Shown: positions 36,742 through 46,140 of the stretch, one piece after another
Numbering within the stretch: position 1 is the stretch's first letter
Layout of the letters: every line of letters begins with the position of its first letter
From: Gemmatimonadales bacterium
GTDB taxonomy: Bacteria; Gemmatimonadota; Gemmatimonadetes; Gemmatimonadales; GWC2-71-9
Direction: 5' to 3'
Length of the DNA: 48,501 nucleotides
Assembly: GCA_041613315.1 (NCBI GenBank)
Contig: JBFJHJ010000025.1
Coordinates: 1 to 48,501, forward strand
Made by a program: the position numbers and the translations under genes
Notes under the pieces: generated by a model
What the model saw: only the letters and a program-made list of their open reading frames with translations
Told to the model about the DNA's origin: nothing
Databases searched by the model: none

Positions 36742-37301
36742 GCGGCGGAAGCATCGCGGCCCTCGTCCTCGGCGGGCTGACCCTCGTCTGGCTCATCGCG
36801 ACGTTCAATCGCCTCGTGGGGCTGCGCCAGCACCTGAAAGAGAGCTGGGCGGACATCGATGTCGAGCTCAAACGGCGTCACGAGCTGATCCCCAACCTGG
36901 TGGAGACCGTGAAGGGCTACGCGGCGCACGAGCGGACGGTGTTGGACCGTGTGCTCGCGCTGCGGGTGCGTGCGATGACCGACCATCGCGATGTGTCGGC
37001 GCTGGCCGCGGACGAATCGGCGCTGATGCGGGGCGTCCGGGACCTGTTCGCCGTGGTCGAGAACTACCCGACCCTCAAGGCCGACCGCCACTTCCTGGCC
37101 CTCCAGACGCAGCTGGCCCTGACGGAGGATCGGATCGCGGCCGCCCGGCGGTTCTACAACGGCAACGTCCGGGACTATACCGTGTTGCGGCAGAGCTTCC
37201 CGCCCAGCCTGGTGGCGTCGGTGTTCCGATTCAGCGAGCCCGTGGGGTACTTCGAGCTCGCGAGCGACGCCGAGCGCGTGGTGCCGCGGGTGGGCGTGTA
37301 G
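36738..37301 (+). CDS. lemA: LemA family protein
   Basis: FNRLV, WADIDVELKRRHELIPNLVETVKGY, ENYPTLKA, EDRIAAARRFYN. Confidence 0.95.
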   Translation: MSGGSIAALVLGGLTLVWLIATFNRLVGLRQHLKESWADIDVELKRRHELIPNLVETVKGYAAHERTVLDRVLALRVRAMTDHRDVSALAADESALMRGVRDLFAVVENYPTLKADRHFLALQTQLALTEDRIAAARRFYNGNVRDYTVLRQSFPPSLVASVFRFSEPVGYFELASDAERVVPRVGV

Positions 37302-37390
37302 CGCGCGATGGCGCGGACCCGCTGTCGTTTCCTCGAGCACGTCTCTACGTTTCTGCTCGTTGACCGCGGACATGGGTAAGGAGTGGTGCG

Positions 37391-37624
37391 ATGGGCTATC
37401 GGACATTTGTCGATCGCAACGGACATGGGTGGGAGATCCGAGACCGCTCGGCCGACGAGTGGGACTACGTGCCGATATCGGGCAACCCCGAACCGCAGCG
37501 CGCGGTCCCGTCGCCGGGCCACCAATCCGACCCATTCGAGCTCAGCATCGAGGAGCTGCAGCGGCTGCTCGACGCGGCACCCAAACCGGGCTCCCGGCAC
37601 CGGCCGTCGCCGTTCGGCGACTGA
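37391..37624 (+). CDS. Small hypothetical protein (77 aa)
   Basis: AAGGAG RBS; natural-looking sequence (RTFVD..G..W, ELSIEELQRLL). Confidence 0.7.
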   Translation: MGYRTFVDRNGHGWEIRDRSADEWDYVPISGNPEPQRAVPSPGHQSDPFELSIEELQRLLDAAPKPGSRHRPSPFGD

Positions 37625-37678
37625 GCCGGCGACACCGCCGCTCCACCGCGCGCCTGCACCGCGGGCGACCGACGGATC

Positions 37679-37722
37679 GCGGTGGCGTCAGGCCGCCTGA
37701 GCGGTGGCGTCAGGCCGCCTGA
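37679..37722. repeat. Perfect 22-bp tandem duplication
   Basis: GCGGTGGCGTCAGGCCGCCTGA x2; each copy holds the palindrome TCAGGC-C-GCCTGA; spans the stop codon of the C39-like gene. Confidence 0.95.
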
Positions 37723-38585
37723 GAGGAAACCGTCGCGAGCGACGGCGGCGCGGCGCGTGGCGCCGCGTCGGCCTCGGTCGCGAGTTGGGCGATCACGGCG
37801 GCGAGCCGACCCACCGCGTCGTGCTCGTGCGCCGGGTCGAGCCGCAGGCCGTACAACCCCGCGACGAACGCGAGCCGCTTGAGCTCGCGCTCGGGCGCGC
37901 CGTGGTTGACACCGTGCACGTCTGCGACGGTGCCGAGGATTGTGCTCCGGCGCTCCTCGAGGACGCGGTCGAGGGGCCGCGCGCTCGCGACCGTCCCGAT
38001 GGCCTCAAGGCTGAGCAGGCGCTCGGCGTAACGATCGAACGTGCGTGCCAACGCCCCGTGCTCGAGCTCGAGAAGCTGGCGGGCCCGAGCGAGCGTGAGC
38101 GCGAGCCGGGCAGGGCGCCGCTCGCGCGAAACGAGCGGGTGGAGATCGTAGAGCCGGCGGGCCCCGAACCCGAGGCGGCGCGGCACGCGGTAGGCAAGGC
38201 GCCGCGCGACATGCGCCCACGGCTCGATCCGAAGCACCGGGTGGTCGTAGTGGCTGTCGAACACCATGACCCGATCGCGCTCCTCAGCAACGACGGTCAC
38301 CCAATGGTCCCATTGGTCGAGGCAGAGCAGGACCGGGGCGCCGCGGGCGAGCAACGTCCGGAGCTCGCGCCAGGCGCTCCACGCGTGGCGTCGCCGCACC
38401 GTCAGGAGGTCGCAGCCCCAGGCACCCGCCGCCCGGGCGAGCTCGATCTCGTCGGTGCCCTCGACGGTGGAGCCGGCCAGCTCCGTGAGCCGGTCCTCGT
38501 GGGTGAAAATCCCTAGAGTGATCAGGGCGTGCTTGAGGGCGAAAGGCCCGCACTGCCAGGAGTTTGGCTGGCCGTAAATGCTCAT
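37710..38585 (-). CDS. Stand-alone C39-like cysteine peptidase with C-terminal extension
   Basis: QPNSWQCGPFAL (Q..C), EGTD, DHWVTV (His), VFDS (Asp); no ABC/TM domain and no signal peptide. Confidence 0.8.
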   Translation of the reverse strand: MSIYGQPNSWQCGPFALKHALITLGIFTHEDRLTELAGSTVEGTDEIELARAAGAWGCDLLTVRRRHAWSAWRELRTLLARGAPVLLCLDQWDHWVTVVAEERDRVMVFDSHYDHPVLRIEPWAHVARRLAYRVPRRLGFGARRLYDLHPLVSRERRPARLALTLARARQLLELEHGALARTFDRYAERLLSLEAIGTVASARPLDRVLEERRSTILGTVADVHGVNHGAPERELKRLAFVAGLYGLRLDPAHEHDAVGRLAAVIAQLATEADAAPRAAPPSLATVSSQAA

Positions 38586-38765
38586 AGCACAATGGCTTAG
38601 CTGGTGGCTCGAACCGGTCTGTGGTCGCAATATAGTCGGGTGGGGAAGGGGGGCCGGCGGCCTCGCGACGCCGGCTGCAGGGGCCGCAGAATGGGTCGCA
38701 GAGCGTGAGAGCGCAAGATACTGCGCTCAGCCTGCAAGAGTGGGCTGCGAAATGCCCCACGGTTG

Positions 38766-38794
38766 GTTAAGTTATTACTGTGTAATATGTTAAC
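38766..38794. promoter_or_regulatory. AT-rich imperfect inverted repeat, putative protein-binding site
   Basis: GTTAAGTTATTAC-TGT-GTAATATGTTAAC (11/13 arm match) in GC-rich DNA upstream of the C39-like gene. Confidence 0.5.
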
Positions 38795-38902
38795 GAACTA
38801 TCTCCGGCGGCTGCTCGACCCAACTCGATCGGGCGGTGCGTCCCACGGTTGCTCCACGGAGAGATGGGGGCCTTGGGGGGCCTTGTTTCACCCAAGTACC
38901 GT

Positions 38903-40654
38903 CTAGTACCGCCAACTCACCGTGTCCGCCCCGGCCGGATGGTTCTTGCGGATCTGGTCCATGATCCGCGGGATGAACATCTGGTGGTAGCGCAGCCGCG
39001 AGTACGCGTTCGCGCGCGTGTGATCCCCGTTCCAGCAGTGCTCCGCCCGATCCCCGTAGTCCACCTCGCCGCCGTAGTGGGGATCGGTCGTCTGCGTGAG
39101 AAACTCTTCGGTCAGATAGACCGCATTGTTGAGATAGTAGTTGTCCATGTCGCCGACGTAGATAAAGAGCTTGCCCCGGAGCTTGGGGCCGAGCGTCTTC
39201 CAATCGCGCCGCAGGATGTACGACAGGTCGTAGTGCTCGCGCCAGTGCGCCGCGACCTCCCGGTCGATCTCGCCCGTGAGCTTGTTCCACAGGCGCTTGG
39301 GGTAGCCGTCCGGCCCCACGGGCGAGTACACCGCCTCCCAGATGTCCCACTGCTGCCCCGAGCGGCTCTTGGTGCCGAGGGCGAGCTCGTAGTGGTTCGT
39401 CTCCTCCAGCGTCGTCGACACGTGGCCCAGCCAGTCGCGGCGTCCGGGCCGCGGCGTCCGCTTCCAGGTGTCGTCCAGGTAGTAGGCGTTCTTGTCCTCG
39501 TAGATGTTCACGACCGTATACGCGCGGAAGTCGATGGGGTCGGGGCACGCCACCCACGCGCCGTTGAACGCGTCGGGGTAGAACACCTGCACGGCCATCG
39601 CTTCCCAGCCGCCGGTGGAGCCGCCATAGGTGAACCGGGCCCACCCCTCGCCGATCCCCCGGTACGTCCGCTCCAAATGGGGAATCAGCTCCCGCATGAT
39701 CGCGTCGCCGTAGGGGCCGTTGTTGGCGGAGTTCACCGCGTATGAGTCGTCGTAGTACGGCGTGGGATGCTGGATCTCGACGAGCAGTACCCGAGGGAAG
39801 CCCGGCCCCGTCCATTCCTTATAGAACTGGTGCGCGGACTCCTGCTGGATGCGGTTGTAGCAGTCGAGCCGGAAACGCGCGCTGTACTCGCATGGCGCGC
39901 TCGAGTCGGGCGGCTCGGGGCGGAACCCGTCGAACGTGTAGGGGAAATGCCCGTGGTTCACGACGAGGGGATAGCGCGCCTCGGGGTGCGCGTCGAAGCC
40001 CTCCGGCAAGAGCACGTGCGCGCCCAGATACACCGGCGTGCCCCAGAACTCCGTGAGCAATCTGCTCTGGATGCGCTCGTGCTTGATGTACGCGGTCTCC
40101 GGCGGGTCGGGGATGGGCGGGATCTCCTGATCGAGGGTGATCCGGATGACGGCGTCTCGTGCGGGGTCGAACGCGATCTCCCGCGGGATCGAGTACAGGT
40201 TGCCGGGCTTCCGATTCCACTGCTGGCCCTCGCCCTTGTCGGGCGGGAGCTTGACTACGTGGCCGTCCGCGCGGCGGAACGTCTCGTAGCGGTTGACGAG
40301 CGCCTGCACGCGGTAGCGGCCGGCGGGGACCTGGGCGAGGCTCCGGATGGGGAAGCCGAACGCGCGCGCATCCACGATCGCGTCCTGACCGGGCTTCCAT
40401 TCCTCGACGTCCACCCCGAAGACCAGCTGGGTGCCCGGGCCGTCGCTGATCTGGAAGCGTGGCTCGGCGCTCGAATCGGCCGAGAGCATGAGCAGGAGCC
40501 GGCCGTCGAGCGGCGCGCCGCTCCGTTCCGGGGGGAAGCGGATCGCGAAGCGCGGCGCGGCGGCCGGCGGGGCCGGGATGCCCGGTAGCATCACGGCCGC
40601 GACGAGCGTGGCTGGGGCGAGGGTGATCGCCCATCGGATGGACGAGCGTGTCAT
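38903..40654 (-). CDS. Secreted alpha/beta-hydrolase (putative esterase family)
   Basis: Signal peptide; SYAVNSANNGPYGDA, GGSTGGW nucleophile elbow, VGDMD, EHCW. Confidence 0.8.
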   Translation of the reverse strand: MTRSSIRWAITLAPATLVAAVMLPGIPAPPAAAPRFAIRFPPERSGAPLDGRLLLMLSADSSAEPRFQISDGPGTQLVFGVDVEEWKPGQDAIVDARAFGFPIRSLAQVPAGRYRVQALVNRYETFRRADGHVVKLPPDKGEGQQWNRKPGNLYSIPREIAFDPARDAVIRITLDQEIPPIPDPPETAYIKHERIQSRLLTEFWGTPVYLGAHVLLPEGFDAHPEARYPLVVNHGHFPYTFDGFRPEPPDSSAPCEYSARFRLDCYNRIQQESAHQFYKEWTGPGFPRVLLVEIQHPTPYYDDSYAVNSANNGPYGDAIMRELIPHLERTYRGIGEGWARFTYGGSTGGWEAMAVQVFYPDAFNGAWVACPDPIDFRAYTVVNIYEDKNAYYLDDTWKRTPRPGRRDWLGHVSTTLEETNHYELALGTKSRSGQQWDIWEAVYSPVGPDGYPKRLWNKLTGEIDREVAAHWREHYDLSYILRRDWKTLGPKLRGKLFIYVGDMDNYYLNNAVYLTEEFLTQTTDPHYGGEVDYGDRAEHCWNGDHTRANAYSRLRYHQMFIPRIMDQIRKNHPAGADTVSWRY

Positions 40655-41096
40655 GCGCGGGTCCTTGCCTGAGGGGTCGCGCTCGAAGATGCAGGTGGGG
40701 GGGAAGCCCGGCAAATTGAAGGGCCGAGGCGTCGGGCCGCTCGAGGGCTCCTGACTTGACAGGTCACCGCACTGGGAGGCAACTTGTTTCCAGGTCCCGG
40801 TTTGCTGACCCCTCTGTTCGAACCTATCAGCAAAACGGCTGCCTGCTGATCGGCCACGCTAGCTGCGGCTTGTCGGTATAACGCGACCGGTGTAGTCGGT
40901 CGAGCGCATCTGAAGCGCTGGCGGTCCGAGATCCGGGGTGTTGCGCTCGCGGCGCGCCTCGTCGGGCCGGTTCCTATCTATTCGACGTTCAGGGGACGTG
41001 TTGCGTTCAGGATTGGTGCGACACGGCTTCGCACGGCTCGGCATGCACGAGCTGCGGGGCGCCCCACATGTTTTCCACAAACAGGGAGGCCATCTT

Positions 41097-44000
41097 ATGG
41101 TTCCCAAGCAATGTTGGACCGGGGCTCTCGCCTTCGGCATGGCGATAACCATGCTGTCGGTGGGGGCAGCGCCCGTGTCGGCACAAGCCACCGGGACGGT
41201 CGAAGGCACCGTCACGGCGGCCACGACCGAACGCCCAATCGCGGGCGCGCGCATTCAGGTCGTGGGGACGTCGCTGGTCGGCACCACGGACGAAGTCGGC
41301 CGCTACGTCATCCGGGACGTGCCCCTTGGCACGCACACGCTTCGGGCCTCGGTGATTGGTTTTTCGAGGGTCGAAGCGAGCGCCACGGTGGCCTTGGGCC
41401 AGGCGGTCACCGCGAACTTCACGCTGCAGCGGGCGGCGATCGTGCTCGACGAGCTGGTGGTCACGGGGACGGCGGGCGCCCAGGAGAAGCGGGTGCTCGG
41501 TAACTCGGTGGGCGGGATCACGGTCGGTGACAAGTTGGAAGACGTGCCGATCACGAGCGTCACCGAGCTGCTCACGGGCCGGACGCCGGGACTCACCCTG
41601 ATGTCCAACAGCGGCCAGACCGGCTCGTCGGCCAACATCCGGATCCGCGGCGCGGGCTCGCTGAGCGCGGAGTATGCGCCGGTGTTCTACGTGGATGGGA
41701 TCCGGATCGAGAGCGGTACCGTCGAGGCCGCGAGCACGTATCAGGGAGGCACGGCGCTCGATTTCCTCAATCCCGAGGACATCGAGAGCATCGAGGTCAT
41801 CAAGGGCCCGGCCGCCGCCACGTTGTATGGGGCGGACGCGGCCAACGGGGTGATCCAGATCATCACGAAGAAGGGGCGGCGGGGGCAGGAGGGGGTTCGG
41901 TGGAACACCAGTATCGAGTTCGGGCAGAACGAGTGGACCCGGAGCATTGGCGCCAATACGACGTACTGGCGCTGCACCCTCGCCAACCAGACTTCCGCGT
42001 CGTTCCCAGGGTGCATGGACCCGACCACGGTCCAATGGTGGGGCAACGACGCCTCGCTCGGTGGGGAGTGCACGACGCACACCGAAGGGCCGTACAAGGG
42101 TGTGACCTCGTGCCTGAACACGGGGATCCCCGCCGCGGACATCCTCGACGTGGGTGATGGGACGTTCGTCATCAAAGACGACCCGCTCTTCCGGCATCCC
42201 GCCGCGCTCCGCGCGGGCAACACGATGGACTTCAACATTTCGGCCCGGGGCGGCTCCAGCACGATGGGCTACTTCTTGTCGTTCAACCGGACCGCGGAAG
42301 ACGGCGTCTTCTTCAACAACTTCTTCAATCGGACGGGCGGCCGGGCCAACTTCGACGTCAGCGTGTCCCCGACGGTGGACCTGGCGGTGCAGTTCGCCTA
42401 CTCGCGGACGCACTTGCAGCAGCCGCTCAACAACAACGCGTCCAACAGCATCAACCGGAACGCCATGCGCGGGCGCTCGCGCGCGGAGCGGCCGGATTGG
42501 GAGCCGGGATTCCGGAACTTCAACCCGTGGCTGTCGAACGAGTTCGACCGGCAGAACCGGTTGGAGCGGCTGACCATCGGGCTGACCGGCAACTGGGCGC
42601 CTTTGGAATGGTTCCGGCACAAGCTCACGTTGGGTCTGGACCGACAGAGTTACCGGGAGACCGAGTTCTTCCGGCAGGATACGACGGGCCGACGCCCGTG
42701 GGGAACGATCAACGCGACGGGGGCGATCGATCACGAGATCCCGCTCATCCACCGGTGGACGATGGACTACTCCGGATCGGTGGATCTCGACCTCAGTGAC
42801 AAGATCAATTCGGTGTTCTCCGCCGGCATGCAGCTCAACGCCCGGACGTATCGGGGGTTCTTCGTCATCGGCGAGGGACTCGTCGCGAACAATCTGAACC
42901 TCATCGGCTCGTCGGCGTCGCGCTCGGCGGACGAGCAGCTGTCCGAGCAGACGTCGTTGGGCTTCTACTTGCAGGAGCAGATCGGCTGGCGAGACCGGGT
43001 GTACGTCACCGGCGCCGTCCGGATTGACGACAACTCGGCGTTCGGATCCGACTTCTCGCTGGTGGTCTATCCCAAAGCCTCGGTCTCCTGGATCGTGTCC
43101 GAGGAAGACTTCTACAACCTCGATTTCATGGACCAGCTGAAGCTCCGGTTCGCCTGGGGCCGGGCCGGCAACGCGCCGGCGCCCTTCTCCGCCGACCGGA
43201 CGCACACCACCAGCCAGGGCGTGGTCCGTCAAGGCGCGACCGACGCCATCGTGAACACGCTGCAGACGTCGTCGTACGGGAACCCCAATCTCAAGGCCGA
43301 GACGGGGCAGGAGTGGGAGACCGGATTCGACGCGTCCCTGTTGGACGGGCGGGCCGGGATCGAGCTCACGTACTACAATCAGCGCACCGTGGATGCCTTG
43401 ATCAGCGTGCCGGACGCCGGCTCGACCGGGTTCACCGGGTCGCACCTGGTCAACATCGGCGAGATCACCAACTCCGGGATCGAGCTGCTCGTGACCGGGA
43501 CGCCGATCTTCACGCGAAACTTCGCGTGGGACGCGAGCCTGGCGTTCTCCACCAACAAGAACCGCCTCAAGTCGTTCGGCCGCGACGACGAGGGCAATCC
43601 CATCCGGGAAGAGAGCATCTTCGGGAGCTTCGCGGACGTGCAGCGTCATCGCGAGGGCTTCCCGATGGGGGCGTTCTGGGCGGTGGACGTGGAGCGGGAT
43701 GCCAACGGGGCCGTGGTGCTGCGCGACCCCGCCGGGACCATCGTCACCGATCCCGCGCTCGGTAACCCGACGGTCCTCGGCAGTTGCCGCTGGGCGCCGA
43801 GCGATCCCACCTGGGATCGCGATGCCGAATGTGACGACATCTACATGGGGCCGTCCCGCCCCACGCGCGAGGCGGCGCTGACCAACACGTTCACGGTGTT
43901 CGGCGGGCTCCGAATCTTCACCCAGTTCGACTACCGGGGTGGCCACTACCAGTGGTGCGCCATCTGCTCGATCAACAGCCGCATCGACCTGAACACGTGG

Positions 44001-44345
44001 GACATCAATACGGGCGGGACGCCGCTGAATCCGAACGTGTCCGAGGCCGACGTCGAGGCGTTGCGTTCGCTCCAGACCATCAGCCACATCAGCAAGGCCG
44101 ACTTCATCAAGTTCCGGGAGTTGGCCCTGACGTACACGCTGCCCTCGCAGTGGACGCGGTTCATCCCCGGAGGCAGCCGCTGGTCCGTGACGCTGTCGGG
44201 TCGCAACCTCGCCATCTGGACCAAATACAAGGGCCGGGGCGATCCCGAGGTACAGTTCAGCCCGAATAGCGATTTCACCATGCTCGACTACGCATCGACG
44301 CCACAGACGCGCCGTCTGTCGTTTTCGGTGCGTGCCAGCTTCTAG
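41097..44345 (+). CDS. SusC/RagA-like TonB-dependent outer-membrane transporter
   Basis: CarboxypepD_reg N-domain, LDELVVTG TonB box, IRIRG, NPEDIESIEVIKGPAAATLYGADAANGVIQIITK, GNPNLKAE, terminal F; GGGAGG RBS. Confidence 0.95.
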   Translation: MVPKQCWTGALAFGMAITMLSVGAAPVSAQATGTVEGTVTAATTERPIAGARIQVVGTSLVGTTDEVGRYVIRDVPLGTHTLRASVIGFSRVEASATVALGQAVTANFTLQRAAIVLDELVVTGTAGAQEKRVLGNSVGGITVGDKLEDVPITSVTELLTGRTPGLTLMSNSGQTGSSANIRIRGAGSLSAEYAPVFYVDGIRIESGTVEAASTYQGGTALDFLNPEDIESIEVIKGPAAATLYGADAANGVIQIITKKGRRGQEGVRWNTSIEFGQNEWTRSIGANTTYWRCTLANQTSASFPGCMDPTTVQWWGNDASLGGECTTHTEGPYKGVTSCLNTGIPAADILDVGDGTFVIKDDPLFRHPAALRAGNTMDFNISARGGSSTMGYFLSFNRTAEDGVFFNNFFNRTGGRANFDVSVSPTVDLAVQFAYSRTHLQQPLNNNASNSINRNAMRGRSRAERPDWEPGFRNFNPWLSNEFDRQNRLERLTIGLTGNWAPLEWFRHKLTLGLDRQSYRETEFFRQDTTGRRPWGTINATGAIDHEIPLIHRWTMDYSGSVDLDLSDKINSVFSAGMQLNARTYRGFFVIGEGLVANNLNLIGSSASRSADEQLSEQTSLGFYLQEQIGWRDRVYVTGAVRIDDNSAFGSDFSLVVYPKASVSWIVSEEDFYNLDFMDQLKLRFAWGRAGNAPAPFSADRTHTTSQGVVRQGATDAIVNTLQTSSYGNPNLKAETGQEWETGFDASLLDGRAGIELTYYNQRTVDALISVPDAGSTGFTGSHLVNIGEITNSGIELLVTGTPIFTRNFAWDASLAFSTNKNRLKSFGRDDEGNPIREESIFGSFADVQRHREGFPMGAFWAVDVERDANGAVVLRDPAGTIVTDPALGNPTVLGSCRWAPSDPTWDRDAECDDIYMGPSRPTREAALTNTFTVFGGLRIFTQFDYRGGHYQWCAICSINSRIDLNTWDINTGGTPLNPNVSEADVEALRSLQTISHISKADFIKFRELALTYTLPSQWTRFIPGGSRWSVTLSGRNLAIWTKYKGRGDPEVQFSPNSDFTMLDYASTPQTRRLSFSVRASF

Positions 44346-44358
44346 AGGAGGGCGCATC

Positions 44359-45837
44359 ATGAGACGGAATCACATCGCATGGACGGGGATGTGTGCCGCC
44401 GGCGCCATCCTCGCCCTGGCCGCGGGGTGCAGCCCCAGCGATCTGCTGAAGGTGGACAACCCCGAGGAGATTCAAGTCGAAGCGCTGAACGACCCGGCGC
44501 TCATCCAGGTGCAGTTGAATGGAGTGATGGACCGCTTCCAGGAGGCGTACGACTTCAACCTGGAATACGCCATGTACCCTACGGATGAGGTGCTGAGCGG
44601 ACTCAACTGGGAAGACTACGCCCGGGTCAACCAGCGGATCATCAGTTACCTGGAAGGCCCCACGACCAACATCTTCGAGTCGGCCAGCAGGGCGCTCCGC
44701 ATGGGGCACGATCTGGCGGAGCGCATTCGCGGCTGGGCGGCGGACGACCCCAGCCGCAACTTCAACAAAGAGCTGGCAACGACGCTCGTGTTCGCCGGCT
44801 ACAGCGCCGTCATCCTGGGCGAGAACATGTGTCAGGTGGTGGTGTCGCCGGATCCCGACAATCCCAGCGGGACGGTGCTGTCGCAATTGGAGACGTTCGG
44901 CTTGGCGCTGCCCTACCTGACGGAGGCGCTGAGCACCGCGCAGACCGCCGGCGCCACCGACGTCGCGAACCTCGCGCGCACCGGGCTCGCCCGGGCCAAC
45001 CTCGGTCTGGGGAACTGGGCGGACGCCGCGACGCACGCGAACCAGGTCACCGCGAACTTCCAGTGGTGGCTGCGGTACGTCGATATCGACGGCGGGCGGA
45101 ACCCCCTGGAGAACACCAGTCACGGGGGCAACTTTACGCTGGGGATCCACCCCTCGTTCACCGGCGTGCATCCCAGCTTCGATGGGACGGGATTCACGTT
45201 CCCCCAAGCCAATGTCATCGCGCCGCAGACGGACCCGCGGATTCAGCACGAGGTGACGTCGAGGACAGGTCACAACGCGCTGACCCGGCTGTACAAGCTC
45301 TTCCAAGGACTGCGCTACAGCGACTACAACGGGCAGACCATCGCCCCGTCATCGGCGGCGTGCCCGGCCTGCACGGGCACGGCCCCGAGTGCCATGCCGT
45401 TGCTGGCCGAGTTCGACACCGACATCCTGCTGGCGGACTACGTCGAGGCGCAGCATCACTACTACGAGGCGCTCGCCATGCAGGACATCACGGCGAACGA
45501 GGCGGCGGTCCAGGCCTTCGTCAACGCGCGGCGCGCGGTGGGCAACCAGGTTGCCGTGTCGTTGACCGGTCAAGCCCTTCGACGCGAGCTCAGGAACCAG
45601 CGAGGGCGCGACCTCTTCATGGGCGGCTTCCGCCTGCCGGACCTGCGCCGGTGGACGCGGTTCGACGCCGGCAACGGGCCGTTCGCCAACGGGAGCTACT
45701 TCCCCACGGGGCAGCATCCGAACGCCCAGTGGGGGGATTACGGCGCATGGACCTGCTACCCGATCCCCCTCTCGGAGTACGAGGGGAACCCGAACCTGAG
45801 GAAGCCGTTGGACCCGAACGTTCCACCGGGCATCTAG
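44359..45837 (+). CDS. SusD/RagB-like surface lipoprotein
   Basis: LAAGC lipobox, directly follows susC, RNQRGRDLFMGGFRLPDLRR, CYPIPLSEYEGNPN. Confidence 0.9.
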   Translation: MRRNHIAWTGMCAAGAILALAAGCSPSDLLKVDNPEEIQVEALNDPALIQVQLNGVMDRFQEAYDFNLEYAMYPTDEVLSGLNWEDYARVNQRIISYLEGPTTNIFESASRALRMGHDLAERIRGWAADDPSRNFNKELATTLVFAGYSAVILGENMCQVVVSPDPDNPSGTVLSQLETFGLALPYLTEALSTAQTAGATDVANLARTGLARANLGLGNWADAATHANQVTANFQWWLRYVDIDGGRNPLENTSHGGNFTLGIHPSFTGVHPSFDGTGFTFPQANVIAPQTDPRIQHEVTSRTGHNALTRLYKLFQGLRYSDYNGQTIAPSSAACPACTGTAPSAMPLLAEFDTDILLADYVEAQHHYYEALAMQDITANEAAVQAFVNARRAVGNQVAVSLTGQALRRELRNQRGRDLFMGGFRLPDLRRWTRFDAGNGPFANGSYFPTGQHPNAQWGDYGAWTCYPIPLSEYEGNPNLRKPLDPNVPPGI

Positions 45838-45886
45838 GGTAGCACCTGAGTATCGTGCCCGCGGCGCGTGGCGCCGTGGGCAGGTG

Positions 45887-45927
45887 ATGGCGGGGTGGGA
45901 GGCCAGCGGGGCCTTCCACCCCGTCGT
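45887..45927 (+). terminator. Stem-loop downstream of susD
   Basis: CGGGGTGGGAGGCC / GGCCTTCCACCCCG 14-bp stem with one G-U pair; a second hairpin at about 45856-45882. Confidence 0.55.
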
Positions 45928-46140
45928 TGCGGTACGTGGAGCATCACGGGCGGCGGGGCGGCGAACGTCGTGATCGCAGCACAGGTGGCGCCGACCCGCG
46001 GACCGTGGCACTATTGATAGGTCGTACCGGCTGGAAGGATCGTGCGAAACGGCAAGCTCGGACCGCTGACCCGCCGGGCCAAGCTCCCGTCGCAGACGCC
46101 GAGGACTGGCGGTTCCGTCGTCAGACCGAGGTGGCCGGAG

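Noticed and set aside
38800..38900. Possible tRNA or ncRNA in the intergenic gap
   Set aside because: No cloverleaf or T-loop motif recognisable.
41007..44360. 1117-aa ORF antisense to susC
   Set aside because: Arg-rich with no motifs; mirror-frame shadow expected from strong GC3 bias.
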